From contig OX597834.1 of the NCBI GenBank assembly GCA_951406725.2, positions 20,646,001-20,710,000 of the forward strand: a stretch of DNA of 64,000 nucleotides. Reading direction: 5' to 3'. The stretch is from Octopus vulgaris. Taxonomy: Eukaryota. The notes beneath the pieces were generated by a model, which did not search any database, was not told the DNA's origin, and worked only from the letters and a program-made list of their open reading frames with translations. Within the stretch, counting starts at the first letter, position 1, and every line of letters begins with the position of its first letter. Shown here piece after piece: positions 53,488-64,000 of the stretch. The translations under genes and the position numbers were made by a program.

Positions 53488-53737
53488 ATCTCTCTACAAT
53501 TACACAAGCACATAAGTATACATGCAGTTCCGCTAACCAATTTACAAATTTCTTAACCGTTTTGATATCAGCCTCCCTGAAACTGCCCTGGTTCTATAAT
53601 AGAAATTCCCTATTTTAAAGTCATCTAAATTAAAGTTTCAAATTAAAATTTTGTGTTAATTTTTATCCTAAACATTAGATTATATGACAAAGTCGTTTTT
53701 ATAATACATTGTTAATTAATTTTAAAATCAATTGGAA

Positions 53738-54089
53738 AAGAAGCTTGCTTCCTAACCACATACATGGTTCTGGGTTCAGTCCCACTGTGTGGCACCTTGG
53801 GTGAATGTTTTTTACTATAGTCAACCAAAATCCACTCACAAGGGATTTTGTAGAATGAAACTGGAAGAAGTACATCGCATGTGTCTGTGTTTATTCCCCA
53901 CCACCAAGTGGCGTTGATGTGCTTACCTCCCCGTAACTTAGCAGTTCAGCAAAAGTGACAGATAGAATAAGTGCCAGGCTTAGCTAAAAAATAAAGTACT
54001 GGGGATGATTCATTCAATTAAAAATTTTTCAAGGTGTTGCTCCAGCATGGCTGCAGTTACATGACTGAAACAAGTAAAAGATTAAAAGA
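53738..54089 (+). mobile_element. SINE family A, older copy
   Basis: B-box, CORE-like segment and tail recognisable. Confidence 0.8.
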
Positions 54090-54176
54090 TAAGTTATCCT
54101 TGTTTTCTCACAACATAACATTGTTTTTAACAGTTGAAGTTGCATCAAACACATACATACACACGTGTGCACACAC

Positions 54177-54212
<36 letters not shown>

Positions 54213-54876
54213 TTGTGTATATGCGTGGAGGACTTTTGCAATTTCCATCTATCAAATTCCATTACCAAGTCATTGATCGACCCATAACTGTAGTAAAAGA
54301 AGCATTTTACGAAAAGATGCTACGCAGCAGGCAGCAAAGAAAGAGGATGAAACAGAGAACTGTCCACACCTTTTCCCTTCCCAAAGACATTTCTAACAGA
54401 AAAATTAGAAAAAAAGAAAAATGGAAAGACAAACATGTTTGCCATATTATAATAATTTAGTGAAAAAGGAAAAAAAAAAATGTATTCTAAAAACCTGATT
54501 ATACTTCCAGACACCCACCTTTTGTTTTGTCTTCATTTACTTTTGTCCTTTTGTAATCTTTAAAGCTATTTCATTCTCAGAAATTCTGAGTTTCCAGTGA
54601 TTTTCAAAAACTACATTTTGGTGCCTTTTCAAAACATGAAGATAATCTTATCATTCTGTTTCATTACTGCTGACATCAAAGAACTTCTGTCAAAGAGTAC
54701 ATTATTCTTTGAAGAAAGAACAATTTGATATGCATTTAAGTTGTCAAATTATTTCTGATTACTTCAAAATAGGTGCATTTTTCTTATTTATTGTAAATGA
54801 TAATTCACTTTTGTGAAGATAATTGGCATTTTCTGCATATGCAGTTCTGAACCATACAGTCATACCTGCAACTTAT

Positions 54877-54982
54877 ATATTGGGTCATCCCATAAATAAT
54901 GCAGTTTTTTATACTTCTTTTATTTTCAAAATTAAGATAAACAAATTTCTTTTTTAATCTAAAATATACTCCCCTCCATTTA
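54877..54982 (-). mobile_element. mariner 3' end (TIR plus last codons)
   Basis: TA-TTGGGTCATCCCATAAATAATGC resembles mariner TIRs; minus strand reads GEYILD*. Confidence 0.55.
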
Positions 54983-54987
54983 CTATA

Positions 54988-55355
54988 ATCATCATCATCA
55001 TTGTTCGACCGTGGTCGAGACAATGGAATTTACCATGCTATGCCAGACTTCACGGTCCATCATGGCATTATGGAGGTCCTGTTGCTGGATGCCTGTATCC
55101 CTGGAGATTACATCAGGGTAGGAGAGTGTGCGCCCTCTGGTATTGTGAGTAGATGGCTTTCAGAGGAGAAGAGTAGAAATTACTTCTTTTTCAGCTCTAC
55201 AACAATGTCCAGCAAACTGGACTCTTCTACCTTTCACAAGAGATGACACAGGTGGTAGTTTCCCATATATTTGCATTTTGGTTGGATGGCGCTTCCACGA
55301 GAGATTTTGAGCTCTCATAAGGAGGTGAGTGTAGGTTCCATCCAACTGCCTCTCA
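54988..55355 (-). pseudogene. RTE-group LINE C-terminal fragment (second family); ORF ends in its (TGA)n tail
   Basis: LDGTYTHLLMRAQNLSW..IYGKLPPVS..RRVQFAGHC..LLL*KP..RGR..YPDVI..AMMDREVW; one in-frame stop. Confidence 0.8.
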
Positions 55356-55414
55356 ATAATGCTTTACCGTCTGTCTGGTAGACTTGCAAGACCCCTCTTC
55401 CAAAATTCATTTGT

Positions 55415-56941
55415 CATCATCATCATCATCATCATCGTCGTTTAACGTCCGTTCTCCATGCTAGCATGGGTTGGACGGTTCGACCGGGGTTCTGGGAAGC
55501 CAGAAGGCTGCACCAGGCTCCAGTCTAAATTTGGCAATGTTTCTACAGCTGGATGCCCTTCCTAACGCCAACCACTCCGTGAGTGTAGTGGGTGCTTTTT
55601 ACGTGCCACCTGCACAGGTGCCAGGCGGGGCTGGCAACGGCCACGGTCAGATTGGTGTATTTTATGTGCCACCGGCACGGAAGCCAGTCGAGGCGGTGCT
55701 GGCATCGGCCACGAGTCGGATAGTGCTTTTACGTACCACCAGACCAGGGATCCTGGCTGGTTCAATTCGATTTCGATTTCGCTTGCCCCAACATGTCTTC
55801 ACAAGCAAAGGGGTTGGCAAGGGTGCCTGTCGTACGGTCGCATTGGAGTATTTTACGTGCCACGGCCATAAGTCGGATAGTGCTTTTTACGTACCATCAG
55901 ACCAGGGATCCTGGCTGGTTCAATTCGATTTCGATTTCGCTTGCCCCAACATGTCTTCACAAGCAAAGGGGGTTGGCATGGGTGCCTGTCGTACGGTCGC
56001 ATTGGAGTATTTTACGTGCCACGGCCACGAGTCGGATAGTGCTTTTTACGTACCACCAGGCCAGGGATCCTGGCTGGTTCAATTCGGTTTCGATTTCGAT
56101 TTCGCTTGCCCCAACATGTCTTCGCAAGCATGGGGGTTGGCATGGGTGTCTGTCGTCGGATGAGGTTCTATATCGACTTCGCTTGCCTCAACCGGTCTTT
56201 GTGTCCAAGGGAGGAAAGGCATTCATAAGTGGGCTGGGCTCACTTGTCCTGCCTGGTCTTCTCACGTACAGAATATTTCCAAAGGTCTCGGTCTCTGGTC
56301 ATTTCCTCAGTGAGGCCTAAAGTTCGAAGGTCATGCTTCACCACCTCGTCCCAGGTTTTCCTGGGTCTACCTCTTCCACGGGTTCCCTCAACTGCTAGGG
56401 ATTGGCACTTTCTCACACACCTATCTTCATCCATTCTCGCCACATGACCATACCAGCGCAATCGTCTCTCTTGCACACCACAACTGATGCTTCTTAGGTA
56501 CAACATTTCTCTCAAGGTGCTAACGCTCTGTCGAGTATGTACACTGACATTACACATCCATCGGAGCATACTGGCTTCATTCCTCACGAGCTTACGCATG
56601 TCCTCAGCAGTCACGGCCCATGTTTCGCTGCCATGTAGCATGGCTGTTCGTACACACACATCATACAGTCTGCCTTTTACTCTGAGCGAGAGGCCTTTAG
56701 TCACCAGCAGAGGTAAGAGCTCCCTAAACTTTGCCCAGGCTATTCTTATTCTAGCAGTTACACTTTCAGCGCACCCACCCCCACTACTGACTTGGTCACC
56801 TAGATAACGGAAGCTATCAACTACTTCTAGTTTTTCCCCCTGGAAAGTGACGGAAGTTGTTTTCTGCAGATTTTCGGAGGTTAATGCTCCCGAGCATCTG
56901 CCACATACAAAAACTATCTTCCCAGTTAGCCTACCTTTGAC
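55415..56941 (-). mobile_element. RTE-clade LINE, 5'-truncated: RT C-terminal ORF 56240-56941, ~820-bp 3' UTR, (GAT)n tail
   Basis: LEVVDSFRYLG..RIRIAWAKF..MLHGSETW..RRLRWYGHVARM..GTRGRGRPRKTW; uninterrupted frame. Confidence 0.92.
55714..56157. repeat. ~158-bp tandem repeat (about 2.8 copies) inside the RTE 3' UTR
   Basis: AGTCGGATAGTGC at 55714, 55871 and 56030. Confidence 0.9.
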
Positions 56942-57111
56942 CTGCAACAAAAATTACTCCTCCGCTACCGTTCTGACCTCATCTACAGGATTCATATTTT
57001 TTTCCATCCAAATGATTCTGGAGACTGTGGAATAAATGATAATCAGATGGGGCAATGTCTTGTGAATATGGTGGGTGGGGCATCATTTCCCATTCAAACT
57101 GCTATGAGATA

Positions 57112-57546
57112 TTCTCTTCTACTCTGTGCACAAAGCCCGAAATTTGGGGCGAGTGGTGGGAGGCAGTCGATTACATCGACCTCAGTATGCAACTGGTACT
57201 TGATTTATTGACCCTGAAAGGATGAAGGCAAAGTCGACCTCGGTGGAATTTGAACTCAATACCTAAATACAAACAAAATACTGCTAAGCATTTCAACGAG
57301 CATTTGCCAGCTCATTTGCCTTATATTCTCTTCTACTCTAGGCACAAGGCCCAAAATTTTGCGGGAGTGGTGGGGTAAGTTGATTACATCGACCTCAGTA
57401 TACAACTGGTACTTAATTTATCGACCCCAAAAGGATGAAAGGCAAAGTCAACCTCGGTGAAATTTGAACTCAGAACGTAAAGACAGATGAAAGACCGCTA
57501 AGCATTTCACCCGACGTGCTAATGTTTCTGCCAGCTTGCTGCCTTA
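57112..57546 (-). mobile_element. two tandem SINE family B copies, tail i
   Basis: ATTCTCTTCTACTCT starts at ~57111 and ~57325; Meta-like core in both. Confidence 0.85.
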
Positions 57547-57928
57547 CAACATATGAGATATTGGTCAACCCAAGTCTACGATGAGAGCAGAAGACAAACC
57601 CAAGGTGCTGCTGTCCAGTAGGATTGACCCCAGGTCCACATGATTGTGAAGCCACCATCTTAATCACACAGCCATGCTTGTGTTCACTGCTGATATATTA
57701 CACTGAGTTTGGGATGGATGTAAGCCAAATGTGACCTCCTCCATTGGGGATTTGGGCAAAACGGTTATATCTTATTTTATGTGGAAGGTTTCAAAAATAT
57801 TCCTCACAAGCCATGGGTCAGAGGTGGGGTGTGGGGCGTGGGGAGGACCTCAATGAATGAATCCTGTTATGATCAGTTATGGAAATTGGTAGACTTCTTG
57901 CCAAACATATTCACAGCTCTTGAGGTAT

Positions 57929-57982
<54 letters not shown>

Positions 57983-58109
57983 GTATATATATGTATATAT
58001 ATATATATATATATATGTGTGTATATATATGTATATATATGTATATATATATAGGTATATATATGTATATATATGTATATATATATATATGTATATATAT
58101 ATATGTATA

Positions 58110-58161
<52 letters not shown>

Positions 58162-58559
58162 TATTATGTCTGTATGTATACACACACACATTATGTGTTA
58201 TGTATAGACACAGATATCTTACATCTTGAATAGATAACTGTAAAAGAGACAGAGCAAGACATACAGACAGACAGACAAACAGGCAGTGTGTGTGATGGTG
58301 GGGAGGTTAAGGGAACACTAGCCAGTTGTATAGGTTATACAGCTGTAGGACTGTGATTGATAGCAGTGTGATGTAAATTGACATCAATTTAAACCCATAG
58401 GATCTGTCTTCTCTATGTCCCTTTGTCTCACATACACACATACACACACACTCCCCTCTCTCTTCTCTCTCTCTCTCACTCTGTTTCCCCACCCCCGATT
58501 CTTCTTTCACTTTGCCAATCTACTCCAATCACACCATGATGTGTATGTTGTCATGTCTG

Positions 58560-58623
<64 letters not shown>

Positions 58624-58636
58624 CCTACCTACCTAC

Positions 58637-58690
<54 letters not shown>

Positions 58691-58720
58691 GTCTCTCTTT
58701 CTCTTTATATGTGTGTGCAC

Positions 58721-58751
<31 letters not shown>

Positions 58752-58801
58752 CAATCACACATAAATACATATATATGTATGTGTGCATATATGTGTGTAT
58801 G

Positions 58802-58940
58802 TATAATAATAATAATAATAATAATAATAATTGTGTACAGTGCTCAGGTGCACTACAACTCATCTAAAGTGTATATATAATCAGGTGTAGTTTCGGCGGA
58901 TTTCGGAAAGCATGAGGGCCTTAAAGGATGCAGTGTCATG
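58802..58940 (-). mobile_element. CR1 extreme 3' end, identical to the copy at 4551-4688
   Basis: No mismatch seen over ~110 nt plus (TTA)n tail. Confidence 0.9.
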
Positions 58941-59365
58941 CAGTGTATGTATGTATGTATGTATGTATGTATGTATGTATGTATGTATGTATGTATGTAT
59001 GTGTGTTTGCTTGTGTGTATGTATGTATGTATATAGTGTCTGTATGGGTAAATATATTTATATAAATCTCCACTCATACAGAAATACATGCCTGTGTGTG
59101 TATGTGCTTGTGTATTTATACACAGATGAAAACACACTCCACCACGCATATCCACACGCACCCAGGTGCACATGACAATTATCCTTATATACAACATTAA
59201 TATCATCCCCTCATTGGGCCTTCCAAATATAATTCCTGTGAAGGTGTTTATCTGAAATAAATACCAATTATTACAGCGTTAATATTAAAAATCTATTAAG
59301 TTATACATTATTATTAATTCATTATTATTATTATTGATTATTATTATGACTATCATTATTATTCA

Positions 59366-59758
59366 GTGAGCTGGTAGAATTGCTAGCACACTGGGTAAAA
59401 TGCTTAAAAGTATTTTGCCAGTCTTTATGTTCTGAGTTCAAATCCCACCAAGGTCAACTTTGCCTTTCATCCATTCAGGGTTGATTAAATAAGTACCAGT
59501 TATGCACTGGGGGGGTCGGTGTAATTGACTTAATCCTTTCTCCCAAATTTGAGGCCTTATGCTTCCAGCTGAAAGGATTAATATTATGATTATTGCTAAG
59601 TCAGCAAGCTGGCAGAATTGTTAGAGAATGTTTAAGAAAACAAGAAAATTACAAGTTTGTTTTCAAATTTGAGATTACATAGGCAGTATATTACGTAGGA
59701 TATGGGCAGTTGCCATGAGCACTATCTTTTGAATTTCTGCCATTTTTTCGGTTTCCTG

Positions 59759-59798
<40 letters not shown>

Positions 59799-59819
59799 CA
59801 TTATCATCTATTATCATTA

Positions 59820-59863
<44 letters not shown>

Positions 59864-59894
59864 TATTATTATTATTATTATTATTATTTATTAC

Positions 59895-59946
<52 letters not shown>

Positions 59947-60541
59947 ACAATAAGCTGGTAGAATCGTTAGCATGCCGGGCGAAATGCGTAGCGGTATTTC
60001 ATCTGCTACTACATTCTGAGTTCAAATTCCACTACCGGTGGACTTTGTTTTCATCCTTTCAGGGTCAATGAAATAAATACCAGTTACACACTGGGGTTGA
60101 TATAATCGACTAGCCTGCTTCCTCCAAAATTTTCCAGGCCTCATGCCTAGAGTAGAAATAATAATAATAATTATAATTATTAATATTATGGAGTGGTTGG
60201 CGTTAGGAAGGGCATCCAGCCGTAGAAACACTGCCAGATCTGACTGGGCCTGATGAAGCCTTCCGGCTTCACAGACCCCAGTTGAACCGTCCAACCCATG
60301 CTAGCATGGAAAACAGACGCTAAATGATGATGATAATGAAAGAATAATTCTTGGTAGAATTGTTAGCATGCCGGGTGAAGTACTTAGTGGTATTTCGTCT
60401 GTCTTTACATTCTGAGTTCAAATTCTACTGGGGTTGACTTTGCCTTTCATCCTTATGGGGTCAATAAATGAAGTACCAGCAAAACACTGAGGTTGATGCA
60501 ATCGACTATCCCCCTAGGGCCTTGTGCCTATAGCTGAAAGG

Positions 60542-60588
<47 letters not shown>

Positions 60589-60827
60589 AGACGTTGCACA
60601 TTACCAATATTATTATGTTGGAGGCAGAAGATATTGTGTGTACCAGGGGTTTGTACTGTCTGTCAAGTCACAACAAAATGCTGATCAGTATTTTGTCCAT
60701 TTTCATGTTCTGGGTTCAAACTTTGCTAAGGTCAATAAAATAAATACCATTTGCACACTGGGGTCAGTGTAATCAACTAAATCCCTTCCCCCAAATTTGA
60801 GGCCTTGTGTTTCCAGTAGAAAGGATT
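59366..60827 (+). mobile_element. cluster of four co-oriented SINE B copies (59366, 59951, 60352, ~60690) with an RTE 3' end at 60189-60337, separated by (ATT)n
   Basis: Repeated GAGTTCAAAT..ACTTTGCCTTTCATCC..TACCAG..GGCCTT.TGC..GAAAGGATT. Confidence 0.85.
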
Positions 60828-60829
60828 GC

Positions 60830-61040
60830 TCCCGTTGGCTTTTACAGGTTTTTCCACCAGGAACCTTTCATAACGCCTCCCCCTATTGGGAGTTTTCCGT
60901 TGTTATATTTTCGTTGTTAAACTGTTTTTACTCGGATTTTTTCACAAACGGACAAAACCCTTTGTAACCTTTCGTCCTGTGTTTTGTCCCTTTATGTTTT
61001 AACTGATTTTTGTCAGCCCTTGTGGCCAATAAAAGAATTA
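60830..61040 (+). mobile_element. LINE-like 3' UTR whose end resembles SINE B tail ii
   Basis: GTCCTGTGTTTTGTCCCTTTATGTTT..AGCCCTTGTGGCCAATAAAAGAA versus GTCCTTGTTTGTCCCCTCTATGTTTAGCCCCTTGTGGGTAATAAAGAAA. Confidence 0.5.
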
Positions 61041-61400
61041 ATTATTATTATTGTTATTTCATTTGTAGAAGCATTGGTACATTAAACAAAATGTCTTGCA
61101 GGGGATGGTGAGAAGGATGGTGGTGGTGGTGGTGGTTGTGGTGGTGGTGAGTGTTGTTGAAGGTAGTGGTGATGATGGTGATAGGGTTTTGGTGGTGGTG
61201 ATGATGATTATGAGGGTGCTGGCAGTGTTGGCGATAGCAGCGGTGGTGGTGGTGGTGGTGGCACTGGTAGTGGTGGTGGTGGTGGTGGTGTCACGGAAGA
61301 GAATTGGTGAGGTACAGATAAAGAGAAAAGAACAGGATGGAAAGCACTGAAACACATGATTGAATACAAATTTGTCCAATCGTGGCCAAACTGTCTCAAT

Positions 61401-61486
61401 ACGTAACACTTATTCTCCATTTTGGCACATAGAATTATGCTTCATAGAGTCATATACACCCCATACATATACATATACATCTATAC

Positions 61487-61520
<34 letters not shown>

Positions 61521-61628
61521 ATGTATATATATATATGCATGCACGTAACACTTATTCTCGATTTTGGCACATAGAATTATGCTTCTTAGAGTCATATACA
61601 CCCCATACATATACACATACATCTATAG

Positions 61629-61670
<42 letters not shown>
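61401..61670. repeat. 142-bp tandem duplication
   Basis: ACGTAACACTTATTCTC at 61401 and 61543. Confidence 0.9.
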
Positions 61671-61703
<33 letters not shown>

Positions 61704-61753
61704 TGCACACACTTATACGTACATACAAACACATATATATACATATACACACA

Positions 61754-61793
<40 letters not shown>

Positions 61794-61851
61794 TATTTAT
61801 ACACACATATGTGTATATATATATATGTATGTATATATATATATATATAGG

Positions 61852-61883
<32 letters not shown>

Positions 61884-62374
61884 TGTATGGATATCTACGT
61901 GTATATGTTAGTATGTATGCGGGTGCACTTGTACGTGACTGTTTGACTGAAAGCTTTAAGTGAAGCCACACATAACTTAATCAACTATACATTAATTGAT
62001 TAACATAGCCATACACCCTCGTATGAGTTACAAATTCCTAGCTAATCAGTTAATGTAGAGAAATATATATTTTCCATTAGAAAATATGTTTTACGACAAC
62101 CAGACTAATCTCATGAGGAAGACAAAAAAAATATAATAGTGTTGTTCTATATTCACTCTTAAACTTCCTGTTTTTGTATGTTTGTTCACTAATTGCTCTT
62201 AAAAATTTATTTTTTATTTACATTTTGATTATATTTATTTGCTTGAAATTTCAATAAAGTAAACAGTTCTTCAGTGAGACATCATTGTTGCCACCTAAAA
62301 ACTGTTGTTGTAGACCAAACACGATTTGCAGCGGTTCTGACTTGCTGGAATACATACATACACATATACATCTA

Positions 62375-62390
62375 TTTATCTGTCTCTCTG

Positions 62391-62454
<64 letters not shown>

Positions 62455-62578
62455 CCTATCTACCTATCTATTTATCTATCCCTATGTCTCTGCCTTTATC
62501 AATCTATCTCTATCTGTCTACTTCTATCTTCCTCTCTCTATCTGTTTGCCTCTATCAATTTCTATCTGTCAACCTTTG

Positions 62579-62638
<60 letters not shown>

Positions 62639-62740
62639 CCTATCTATTTATCTATCCCTATGTCTCTGCCTTTATCAATCTATCTCTATCTGTCTACTTC
62701 TATCTTCCTCTCTCTAGCCTCTATCAATTTCTATCTGTCA

Positions 62741-62816
<76 letters not shown>

Positions 62817-62832
62817 CACTATCTCTCTACCA

Positions 62833-62881
<49 letters not shown>

Positions 62882-62915
62882 CCTACCTATTTATCTATCT
62901 ATCTATCTCTCTATC

Positions 62916-62946
<31 letters not shown>

Positions 62947-62974
62947 CTATCTACCTACCTACCTACCTACATAC

Positions 62975-63032
<58 letters not shown>

Positions 63033-63057
63033 CTCTCTCTATCTATCTATTTATCTA
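62375..63057. repeat. (CTAT)n array with a duplicated internal cassette
   Basis: CCCTATGTCTCTGCCTTTATCAATC occurs twice. Confidence 0.95.
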
Positions 63058-63171
63058 ATTGATTGCATCAATCCCAGTGTGCCACTGGTACTTAATTTAT
63101 CAACTCCAAATAGATGAAAAGCAAAGCCAGCATCCGTGGAATTTGAACTCAGAACATAAAGATTGATGAAC

Positions 63172-63352
63172 CCCACTGTCCAAAATTTCCCTGAAGCCCT
63201 TGGAACAAGTGCCCTCTCCAATTTCTTCTCTCTAACTCATAGATCTACACTTAGAGGGGTACCATCCACCCTTGCTATTTTCGCAACTTTCACCCACCTT
63301 TCAATAAATTCACTTGAGGACAGCACTTCCCTCTCCACACTCCATTTCCTTT
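63172..63352 (-). pseudogene. probable Tx1/L1-clade ORF2 C-terminus plus start of 3' UTR
   Basis: KRKWSVEREVLSSSEFIERWVKVAKIARVDGTPLSVDL*; F...W end motif of L1/Tx1 ORF2; short, so the assignment is tentative. Confidence 0.45.
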
Positions 63353-63489
63353 TAATAATAATAATAATAATAATAATAGTAATAATAACAATAATAATAA
63401 AAATAATATAATTTTTCCTATATGTTCGTATAAATACGAAATTATGTTCATATAGATACAAACATAATTTCCGTATGGTTTTTTAGGCA

Positions 63490-63658
63490 TTCACTAGTAC
63501 AACACTAAGTACAAAACCAAATATATGACACCCTAGGCATAACACCAACATGAACTTCCAGCTTGTTGTCTCTTGAGGTCTCTGGGTAAGACTTGGAGCC
63601 AGCTTGTGCAAATGTAAAGCAAAAGTCAAACATAGAATAATAATAATAATAATAATAA
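63490..63658 (+). mobile_element. R4/Dong-like 3' end with (AAT)n tail
   Basis: TTGAGGTCTCTGGGTAAGACTTGG resembles R4/Dong 3'-UTR stem; ends in AATAATAAT. Confidence 0.45.
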
Positions 63659-63697
63659 TCCTTTCCATTATAGGTACCAGGCCTTAAATTATTAACA

Positions 63698-63750
<53 letters not shown>

Positions 63751-63756
63751 TATGAT

Positions 63757-64000
63757 AATCATCATCATCATCATCATCATCATCGTTTAACGTCCTTTTT
63801 CCATGCTAGCATGGGTTAGACAGTTCAACTGGGATCTGGGGAGCCAGGAGGCTGCACCAGGCTCCAGTCTGATCTGGCAGTGTTTCTACAGGTGGATGCC
63901 CTTCCTAATGCCAACCAAACCGTGAGTGTAGTTGGTGCTTTTTACATGCTACCGGCAGAGGTGCCAGGGGAGGCTGGCAATGGCCACGATCAGTTGGATC
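63757..64000 (-). mobile_element. RTE 3' end (family C), cut by the window edge
   Basis: (CAT)n tail and GGATGCCCTTCCTAATGCCAACCA. Confidence 0.85.

Noticed and set aside
55471-56320. 230-aa and 175-aa plus-strand ORFs with internal repeats
   Set aside because: Antisense readings of the RTE 3' UTR tandem repeat.

Overview
AT-rich animal DNA saturated with microsatellites and retroelement debris. The SINE set and repeat density point to an octopus or other coleoid cephalopod (inference). I can support no host protein-coding exon. Nearly all ORFs in the supplied track are translations of (TA)n, (CA)n, (GGT)n, (AAT)n or (CTAT)n tracts or of SINEs. The real coding remnants are all from transposons: two CR1-type RT C-termini, two RTE-type RT C-termini, an RLE-type CCHC knuckle, a Tx1/L1-like C-terminus, mariner transposase fragments and a possible decayed Penelope GIY-YIG region. 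At least four tRNA-derived SINE families are present (CORE-like and Meta-like bodies, with exchanged tails), plus about ten 5'-truncated RTE 3' ends. The most interesting signal is a set of short elements inserted in (TA)n tracts. They carry minimal type I hammerhead-ribozyme-like folds of Penelope-LTR type whose cores repeatedly deviate from CUGAnGA (U4C, or non-A at position 6), and several have long inverted arms that stop at the predicted cleavage site. Also notable are a candidate recursive splice site with a poison exon at 6317 and a perfect 46-bp palindrome at one element junction. All coordinates and mismatch counts were read by eye and may be off by a few bases.
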